Positions 57,272-64,000 of a DNA stretch of 64,000 nt are shown here, piece after piece (the stretch's first letter is position 1; each line of letters begins with the position of its first letter). Position numbers and translations under genes: made by a program. The notes below the pieces were generated by a model. The model searched no databases. It saw nothing but the letters and a program-made list of their open reading frames with translations, and was not told where the DNA came from. The stretch comes from Myxococcota bacterium (lineage in GTDB: Bacteria; Myxococcota_A; UBA9042; PHBI01; JAWLBL01). The stretch is taken from the NCBI GenBank assembly GCA_041687695.1, contig JAWLBL010000006.1, positions 128,001 to 192,000 on the forward strand, given 5' to 3'.

Positions 57272-57772
57272 CTAACCGAGCCCCAGCAGCTCCAGCACCG
57301 CCGGGCTCGGCACCAGCTCGGCGTCGCGCTCGCCCGACAGGCGCACCAGCCGGTGCTGCACCAGCGTCCGCGCCTCCAGCGCCGCCCGCAGCGCCTCCAG
57401 ATCGGCCACCGACGGCGGCATCAGCGGCAGCGCGTGCGACAGCCGCAGCCGCGCGCCCGCCCCACCGGCCTCGCCGAACAGCGCGCCCACCTCGGCCGCC
57501 AACGCCGGCGCCAGCTCGGGCAGCAGCGCCAGGGTCAGCACGCGCATCTCCGCCTCCTCGAGCTGGTAGCGCGCCCCCACCATGTGCAGCGGGCACAGCA
57601 CCCCCAACCGCTCCAGCGCGTCCATCCCCTCCTCGAGCGCGTCCTCGCACGCGGCCCGCCCCTCGGCCGCCCCGGCCACCCCGGCCACCTCGCGCGCCAG
57701 CCACGCCACCCGCTCGCCCTCGAGCCGCGTCACCCGCGACGCCAGCGCCCCGCTCGACTCCCACCCGTCCAT
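57272..57772 (-). CDS. Hypothetical protein resembling the N-terminal winged-helix domain of Afp15-like AAA+ ATPases
   Basis: GGAGG RBS before ATG at 57772. Pattern RYQLEEAEMRVLTLALLPEL...LVQHRLVRL...VLELLG. No ATPase domain. Confidence 0.6.
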   Translation of the reverse strand: MDGWESSGALASRVTRLEGERVAWLAREVAGVAGAAEGRAACEDALEEGMDALERLGVLCPLHMVGARYQLEEAEMRVLTLALLPELAPALAAEVGALFGEAGGAGARLRLSHALPLMPPSVADLEALRAALEARTLVQHRLVRLSGERDAELVPSPAVLELLGLG

Positions 57773-57927
57773 GCTCGCCTCCACGCGCCGCCCAACCGAC
57801 CCCGCGGTTCGCCGGGCCGGCCCCACACGCTACATTGCTCGTTGACGGCCCGCCACGTCCCGCGCCCCGCGCCCGCGACGTCCCGCTTCGGCCTCCCCCC
57901 AACGCCCCCACCCCGACGGAGCCCGCC

Positions 57928-59208
57928 ATGGCACGCCTCGCCGCGTCCTCGCGCGCCCTCGCGCTCGCGGTCGCCCTGCTCGGCTGCGACGAGCGCGACG
58001 CCTCGATCGTCGCCGTCGTCGCCGACACCCCCGACGTCAACGGCGACGACGCCGAGGGCGCCCCCGAGCCCCCCGGCGCTTCATGCGGCGACGCCCCCGG
58101 CGCCGGCTGCGCGGCCGGCCAGGTCTGCGACCGGCTGGGCTGCCAGGTCGGCGCGGCCGGCACCTGCCGCGACGTCCCCGACGTCTGCCCCGAGGTCGCG
58201 GACCCGGTCTGCGGCTGTGACGGCGTGACCTACGGCAACGACTGCCTGCGCCGCCAGGCGGGCGTCGGGCGGCACCATCCGGGCGCGTGCGGCGTGGCGG
58301 GCAGCGCCTGCGGCGATCTGGTCGGCGTCGCCTGTGGCGGCGGGCTGGTCTGCGATCTGACGAGCTGCGAGTCGCCCGCCCTGGGCGTGTGCAAGACGCG
58401 GCCCTGGACCTGCGCGGACGCGCCCCAGGCGCTGGTGTGCGGCTGCGACGGCGTCACCTACGGCAGCGAGTGCGACCGCCTGCGCGCGGGCGCGGCGCGA
58501 CGGCACGAGGGGCCCTGCGCCGACGGACCGTCGGTGTGCGGCACGCTCAGCAGCCCGCCCTGCCGCTCGGGCGAGGTCTGCGACGTGATGGGCTGCGCGC
58601 TGGGCGACCCCGGCGTGTGCGCGGCCCTGCCGACCAGCTGCAGCCCGCTGTACGCGCCGGTCTGCGGCTGCGACGGCGTGACGTACGCGAACGACTGCGA
58701 GCGCCTGCGGGCCGGGGTGCGGGCGGCCCACGCCGGGCCCTGCGGCGCGGCCGGGCTGCCCTGCGGTTCGCTGGGCGGCGGGGCGTGTGGTGACGGCCTG
58801 GTGTGTGACCAGGCGACCTGTGACGAGTCGGCGCCGGGGGTGTGCGTGGCCCTGCCCGACGTCTGCGGCCGCGAGGGCACCCCGGTCTGCGGGTGCGACG
58901 GCGTGACGTACGCGAACGACTGCGAGCGCCTCCGCGCCGGCGTGGCCCGAGCTTCCAAGGGCCCATGCGCCACGCCCGGCAAGGCCTGCGGTCCCATCCC
59001 CGACGGCCTGTGCCCCGCCGGGCAGGCCTGCGCCCGCGAAGGCTGCCTCCCGGGCGCGACCGGGACCTGCGTCGCCCAGGACGATCCCTGCCCCGACCTG
59101 GACGACCCGGTCTGCGGGTGCGACGGCGTGACCTACCCGAACCCCTGCGAGCTGCGCGCGGCCGGGGTCTCGCTCGACCACACCGGGCCGTGCGCCGCCG
59201 CCGACTGA
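57928..59208 (+). CDS. Lipoprotein with five Kazal-type domains
   Basis: Lipobox LLGC and five VCGCDGVTYxxxC...GxC units alternating with short Cys-rich spacers. Confidence 0.85.
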   Translation: MARLAASSRALALAVALLGCDERDASIVAVVADTPDVNGDDAEGAPEPPGASCGDAPGAGCAAGQVCDRLGCQVGAAGTCRDVPDVCPEVADPVCGCDGVTYGNDCLRRQAGVGRHHPGACGVAGSACGDLVGVACGGGLVCDLTSCESPALGVCKTRPWTCADAPQALVCGCDGVTYGSECDRLRAGAARRHEGPCADGPSVCGTLSSPPCRSGEVCDVMGCALGDPGVCAALPTSCSPLYAPVCGCDGVTYANDCERLRAGVRAAHAGPCGAAGLPCGSLGGGACGDGLVCDQATCDESAPGVCVALPDVCGREGTPVCGCDGVTYANDCERLRAGVARASKGPCATPGKACGPIPDGLCPAGQACAREGCLPGATGTCVAQDDPCPDLDDPVCGCDGVTYPNPCELRAAGVSLDHTGPCAAAD

Positions 59209-59312
59209 GCCGTCGGCTCGACCTTGCCCGCGCCGCGCGGCTCCACTAGCCTGCGGGGGCCCGCGGCGCGGCGGGCGGGGAGGGCGCCTTGGTGACGGAA
59301 CCGGTCAGGCTG

Positions 59313-60248
59313 ATGCGGCGGCGGCAACCCGCCGAGGCGGCGGTGACCGACGCCAGCCTGGCCCTGTTCCGGCTGGGCGAGCAGTGCAACAACCGCTGTC
59401 CGATGTGCAGCAACTCCGGGCGCCCCGAGGCCTTCTTCCAGGGCGAGGCCGAGCTGCTCCGGCGGGCCGATCTCCTGGCCGATCGGGGCTTTCGGCGCGT
59501 GGTCCTGACCGGCGGCGAGCCGACCATCCACCCGGCCTTCTGGGCGGTGGTCCAGCGCCTGGGCGAGCGCGGCGTCGCCTGGGACATCAACACCCACGGC
59601 CGCAGCTTCGCCGACCCGGCCTTCACCGAGCGGGCCCTGCTCGGCGGCCTGCGCCGCGCCATCGTCTCGCTGCACTCGCACCGGCCCGAGGCGGCGCGCG
59701 TCATCTCGGGGTTCTCCCACGGCGCCTTCGAAGAGACGGTCGCCGGCCTCGACCAGCTGGTCCGCGCCGGGGCCTGGCTGATGATCAACTGCGTCCTGAC
59801 GACGCACAACCTGGACGTCGCCGACTACCTGCGGTTCTGCGCCGCGCGCTTCGGCAGCGAGCCGCGCTACAAGCTGGTCTTCCCGTCGACCGGCGGCAAG
59901 GGCGGCGACTGGGAGGGCATCCAGCTGCGCTTGAACGACGTGCGCGGGCCGGTGGCGCAGGCGCGCGCGATCGCCGCCGAGCTGGGCCTGCGCCTGGCCT
60001 TCGAGTCGCTGCCGAACTGCGTGCTGGACGACCCGTCCGCCGACGACACCAGCCGCTCGGGCTTCGGCGAGACCCACTACCTCGACGACCTCGACGGCGA
60101 GCGCCTGTACCCCATCCGGGCCATCGAGGCCGCCCTGTCGGCCTTCCCCGACTCGTGCCGCGGCTGCCGCGCGCTGCCCCGCTGCCCCGGGGTCGCCGAG
60201 AGTTACCTGCGCCGCCACGGCGCCTCCGAGCTGACCCCGTTCCGCTGA
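59313..60248 (+). CDS. Radical SAM protein with C-terminal Cys cluster
   Basis: CNNRCPMC, LTGGEPT, VSLHS, NC and C-terminal CRGC....CPG. Start uncertain (59289-59313). Confidence 0.88.
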   Translation: MRRRQPAEAAVTDASLALFRLGEQCNNRCPMCSNSGRPEAFFQGEAELLRRADLLADRGFRRVVLTGGEPTIHPAFWAVVQRLGERGVAWDINTHGRSFADPAFTERALLGGLRRAIVSLHSHRPEAARVISGFSHGAFEETVAGLDQLVRAGAWLMINCVLTTHNLDVADYLRFCAARFGSEPRYKLVFPSTGGKGGDWEGIQLRLNDVRGPVAQARAIAAELGLRLAFESLPNCVLDDPSADDTSRSGFGETHYLDDLDGERLYPIRAIEAALSAFPDSCRGCRALPRCPGVAESYLRRHGASELTPFR

Positions 60249-60255
60249 GGCCTCC

Positions 60256-61212
60256 ATGACGCCGCTCGCCCGCCTCCTCGGCGCCCTCGCCGTCGTCGCC
60301 GCCCTGGCCGCGCCCGCGGGGTCGGCCGAGAGGCTGGCCTGGCCTCACGAGCGCCTCGCGCCCGCGCTGGCCGAGGCCGCCGCGTCGGGCCGGCTGGTGC
60401 TGGTCAAGGCCGACGCCGCCTGGTGCCCCGAGTGCAAGACGCTCGAGGCCGAGGTCTTCGCCACGCCGGCCGGCGCCGCCCTGGCCCAGCGCTTCGTCGC
60501 GGCGCGGCTGGACTTCGACCATCCCGACAACCGCCCGGCCATGGAGCGCTACGTCATCCTGGGGTTGCCGACGACGCTGGTGCTTCGCGCCGACGGCAGC
60601 GAGGTGGGGCGCGTGACGGGCTACCAGGGCGCCGAGCAGTTCCTGGCCGCGCTCGGGGCCATCGAGACCCGCGGCGACGTCCTGCCCGCGCTGCGCGCCG
60701 CGGCCGCCGCGCGCCCCGACGATCCCGAGGCCCTGCTGCGGCTGGGCGAGGCGCTGCTGGTGCGCGGCGACCCGGCCGGCGAGGCGACGCTCGAGCGCGT
60801 GACCTGGCTGGCTGCGGGTGCGCGCCCCGAGCTGGCGGCCGAGGCGCTGTTCCTGCTGGGGCGCTTCCACCACCGGGTGCGCCGCGATCCGGCGACCGCG
60901 CGCCACCTCTGGCGCGAGCTGGCGACCCGCTACCCCGACCAGGGCTGGGCGGGCGGCGCCTGGGCCTGGTACGCCCGCGCGCAGGCCGAGCTGGGCCAGC
61001 CCCAGGTCGGCGCCACGGCCCTGCGCGTCCGCGCCGTCGCCGATCCGGCCAACGCCGCGGCCACGCGCCAGTGGGTGCAGTTCCTGGTCGACCAGCCGGC
61101 CTTCCCTGGCCGCGAGGTCGAGCTGAAGGCCCTCGGCGCCCACGTCGAGCGGCTGCCCGAGGCGCAGCGCCGCGACCTGGGGGCGCTCGTCCGGCCGCTG
61201 CTCACCCGCTGA
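60256..61212 (+). CDS. Exported thioredoxin-family protein with TPR-like region
   Basis: Signal peptide, AAWCPECK, GLPT and C-terminal helical repeats. Confidence 0.82.
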   Translation: MTPLARLLGALAVVAALAAPAGSAERLAWPHERLAPALAEAAASGRLVLVKADAAWCPECKTLEAEVFATPAGAALAQRFVAARLDFDHPDNRPAMERYVILGLPTTLVLRADGSEVGRVTGYQGAEQFLAALGAIETRGDVLPALRAAAAARPDDPEALLRLGEALLVRGDPAGEATLERVTWLAAGARPELAAEALFLLGRFHHRVRRDPATARHLWRELATRYPDQGWAGGAWAWYARAQAELGQPQVGATALRVRAVADPANAAATRQWVQFLVDQPAFPGREVELKALGAHVERLPEAQRRDLGALVRPLLTR

Positions 61213-61323
61213 CGGCGGCGCCCCGTCATGACCGAACCATGACCGAGCGATGACCGGCCCGTGACCCACGCCGGCCGAGGCCGCGGCAGACTGACCTCAC
61301 CCAACCCGCCCCGGAGGTCCGTC

Positions 61324-62103
61324 ATGCGCCGCCATCGCCTCGCGCCGCTCCTCGCCCTGCTCACCCTGGCCGCCCCGCTCCTGCTCGCCTGCGCCGCCCC
61401 CAGCAAGGCCCTCGCGCCGTCGCTGGCGCCCATCGCCGCGCCCGTCCCGCCGCCCGAGGACCCGTTCAAGCGCGACCAGGTGGGCGGCCTGGACGAGGCG
61501 GCGCTGCAGCAGCTGCTCCAGACCCCGCTGGTCCTCGACGAGCGCGCTCGGGTCGGCGTGGTCCCGGTCGCCAGCGCCTACGGCCCCGACGGGGCGCTGC
61601 CGCTGACCCACGTCCCCGCCGTCCTGGGCGAGGCCCTCGAAGGCACCGGCCACTTCGAGGTCGCCAGCGAGGTCGCCACCGACTGGCCCGCCGATCGCGG
61701 CCTGCCGGGCCTGCGCGAGCTGGGCGCCCGCTACCGCGCGCCCTACCTGCTGCTCTACCGCCACCGCTTCGTCGACCGCTCGTGGACCAACGCCTGGGGC
61801 GTGACCTGGCTGACGCTGGTCGGCGGCCTGGTGACCCCCAACCAGACCCTCGAGGCGGCCGGCGTCCTCGAGGCCACCCTGTACGACGTGCGCACCGGCG
61901 CCTTGCTGTTCACGGTCCACGAGCGCGTCTCCGCCCGCACCACCGAGACCGTCTGGCAGAACGAGCGGAAGCTGCGCGAGCTGCGCGAGCGCCTGCTCCG
62001 TAAGGGCGCCGAAGGGCTCGCCACGCAGGTGGTCGACAAGGTCCAGCGCCTCGCCTCCGTCCGCCCCCCGCGTTCTCCCTCGACCCAGGCCGCCTCCGAC
62101 TGA
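61324..62103 (+). CDS. Lipoprotein, rhombotarget-lipoprotein-like
   Basis: Lipobox LLAC, RVGVVPV, internal hydrophobic WLTLVGGLVTP and LYDVRTGALLF. Confidence 0.6.
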   Translation: MRRHRLAPLLALLTLAAPLLLACAAPSKALAPSLAPIAAPVPPPEDPFKRDQVGGLDEAALQQLLQTPLVLDERARVGVVPVASAYGPDGALPLTHVPAVLGEALEGTGHFEVASEVATDWPADRGLPGLRELGARYRAPYLLLYRHRFVDRSWTNAWGVTWLTLVGGLVTPNQTLEAAGVLEATLYDVRTGALLFTVHERVSARTTETVWQNERKLRELRERLLRKGAEGLATQVVDKVQRLASVRPPRSPSTQAASD

Positions 62104-62142
62104 CCCGGCCCGCGCCGCCGCGAACCCTTGCGTCCGGGCCCG

Positions 62143-62395
62143 CCCTGGGATCGCCGGCTTCCAGCGGCTGCCGCAAGAGGCGAACTGGAGTGCGCGAGCT
62201 TGCTCGCGCCCCGACACCGGCGGCTTGCCGCCGGGGCCTGGCCGCCGTCCCGGCGCAGCAAGCTGCGCCGGATCGGGGCTCCACCAAGTTGGAGCACTCC
62301 GGGTCCCTTCACGTCACTCGCTTCCAGCCGGCCCGCGCCTGCCTCGCTGGTCGCATCCGCCCCCCTGGGATCGCCGGCTTCCAGCCGGCCCGCGC
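62143..62395. repeat. Cluster of REP-like palindromes (BIME-like)
   Basis: Four hairpins with CTTG/CAAG loops at 62192-62209, 62217-62234, 62250-62271 and 62278-62295, enclosed by GGAGTGC/GCACTCC. Flanked by the direct repeat CCCTGGGATCGCCGGCTTCCAGC at 62143 and 62363. Confidence 0.85.
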
Positions 62396-62450
62396 TGCCG
62401 CCTAGCCCGGCCCGCGCCGCCCCGTCCGCCGCCGTGGTAACGTCCCGGCC

Positions 62451-63764
62451 ATGCCTCGCCCACGCCTCCGCCTGATGGCCCTCACGGCCCTGGCCGCCGC
62501 GGCCCTGACCGCCTGTGGCGCGACCTGCCGCGAGATCGCGCGCGACCGCCAGGCCTTCCTGGCCCGCCGGGCCGCGCCCACGACCGCGCCCCACGCCCAG
62601 CTGATCATCCCCTTCCCGCTGGCCGACCGGCTGCTCACCCGTCGCGCCGCCGCCGTCCCACCCGCCTCGCTGGACCTCACCCCGCTCGCGCTGCTCGGCC
62701 TGCCGGTCGGCGTCGCCTCGGTCCGCCTCGCCTCCGTGCGCCTCGCCCCAGCACCCGACGGCCAGATCGGGTTCGAGCTGACCGTCTCGGTCGCCAGCGA
62801 CGCCCGCCCTCTGGCCCAGCTCGCCGCCGTCGCCCACGTCGCGCCGTCCTACGATCCCGTCAGCGGCGCCTTCCAGGTCCGCCTGCGCCCGGTCGACCTC
62901 CGCCGCCTCGAGCCGCGCCTGGTCGGCGACGGCCGCGACGCGGTGGCCGACTGGCTGCTCTCGATGCTCCCGCCGGCCGCGCGCCTGGTGGTCTCGCGCG
63001 GCCAGGTCGGCCAGCTGGCTTCGGATCTGTTGGCGTTCATCGCCTCCAACGCCTGGGATCTGCTGCGCGACGGCGCCTTGACCGACATCGGCCCGCTGAC
63101 CGAGCTGACCTTCGCCTTGCCCGGGCTCCCCGTCACCGGGCTGCGCGGCCGCACCTTGCAGCCCGACGCTGCGGCGCCCGCGCTGGCCCTGGACCTCACG
63201 ACCCCGCTGCCGGTCGCCACCGGCCTCGCCGCCCCGCCGCCACCGCTTCGCTCGCTCGACCTCCTCCAGGTCCGCATCGCCGGCGACACCCTGGCCGAGC
63301 TGGTCAACACCCGCATGGTCGCGGGCGAGCTGCCCGCGCGCTTCCGAGGCGACGGCCGCCCCGATCCCCAGGGCCTCTACGAGGCGGCGCTGGCCTGGGC
63401 GTCGGGCGCCGCCCGCCCGACCCGCCTCGTCCTGTGGCGCACGTCCGGCGAGTGCCTGCGCGCCACCCTGGCCGGCGCCCCCCGCGTCGCGCTCAGGGGC
63501 GACGCGCTGCAGGTCGCCGTCGAGGACGTCCGCCTCGAGGCCATCGAAGGCGCCACCCTGACCACGGCCTGGGCTTGGCTCCGCACCCTGTGGACCGACG
63601 CGCTGACCCTCGGTGGCGCCATCGCCGCCTCGGCCACCTTCGACCTGGGCGACGACCGCCTCGTGACCCGCGTCGTGGCGGCCGAGGTCACGTCCGAGGC
63701 CCTGTCCCTGTCGCTCGAGGTGCGCTCTGCGCCCTCGAACGTGACGCCCCCGCGCCCGCCGTGA
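62451..63764 (+). CDS. Hypothetical lipoprotein
   Basis: Lipobox LTAC, long ORF with typical codon bias, no recognised motif. Confidence 0.72.
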   Translation: MPRPRLRLMALTALAAAALTACGATCREIARDRQAFLARRAAPTTAPHAQLIIPFPLADRLLTRRAAAVPPASLDLTPLALLGLPVGVASVRLASVRLAPAPDGQIGFELTVSVASDARPLAQLAAVAHVAPSYDPVSGAFQVRLRPVDLRRLEPRLVGDGRDAVADWLLSMLPPAARLVVSRGQVGQLASDLLAFIASNAWDLLRDGALTDIGPLTELTFALPGLPVTGLRGRTLQPDAAAPALALDLTTPLPVATGLAAPPPPLRSLDLLQVRIAGDTLAELVNTRMVAGELPARFRGDGRPDPQGLYEAALAWASGAARPTRLVLWRTSGECLRATLAGAPRVALRGDALQVAVEDVRLEAIEGATLTTAWAWLRTLWTDALTLGGAIAASATFDLGDDRLVTRVVAAEVTSEALSLSLEVRSAPSNVTPPRPP

Positions 63765-63935
63765 GATCACGGAAGGCGCGGTCGCCCCAACCCGGGGCCT
63801 CCGCGTCCCTTGCCCACCTTGCGCCCGGGCTTATCCCTCCCGAGGTCTCCCGCAACCCGCGCCCCTGGCCCCGCGCCCGGCCCTCGCCCGAGGGCCCCGG
63901 CCCGAGCCGCCCCGGCGTGGTGCCATGGAGGAGCG

Positions 63936-64000
63936 ATGCTCAGGCTGGAACAGGCGACCCGCCCGGACGATCTGGCGCGCTTCGAAGCGCGGGCGCGCGC
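63936..64000 (+). CDS. Start of a gene running off the window
   Basis: GGAGGAG RBS followed by ATG (MLRLEQATRPDDLARFEARAR...). Confidence 0.5.
   Translation, partial: MLRLEQATRPDDLARFEARAR

Overview
High-GC bacterial chromosomal window. The gene content (many Cys-rich lipoproteins, a Ser/Thr kinase-sigma54 activator fusion, FHA-GGDEF, DUF1501) suggests Myxococcota or a relative; this is inference. About 50 CDS are supportable. They include housekeeping genes (nadA, argB, fbaB, cls, acs, thpR, ppx-like), lipid/ester scavenging functions (FadL-type porin, 2,4-dienoyl-CoA reductase-like SDR, AtoE-type transporter, amidase, three alpha/beta-hydrolases), signalling proteins and at least six disulfide-rich exported proteins. 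I recognised no rRNA, tRNA, CRISPR array, transposase or phage gene. The most notable observations are: (1) a ~166-bp MITE-like element with 18-bp terminal inverted repeats inserted in-frame (+56 codons) in the atoE-like gene; (2) a minus-strand gene run pairing an intact CckA-type hybrid kinase with a catalytically degenerate hybrid kinase that keeps its Hpt domain; (3) a kinase-degenerate STAND-TPR-sigma54 activator followed by a translationally coupled DUF1501 / CxxCH lipoprotein / esterase trio; (4) a dispersed REP-like hairpin family with CTTG/CAAG loops and compensatory substitutions; (5) a CCACGG-type simple repeat present both intergenically and as protein linkers read from opposite strands; (6) a repeated 8-Cys extracellular module that I cannot assign to a family. 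Most long overlapping ORFs in the supplied track are GC-rich shadow frames. Start codons were re-picked by eye from RBS and motif context. All family assignments come from motif recognition, not database searches.
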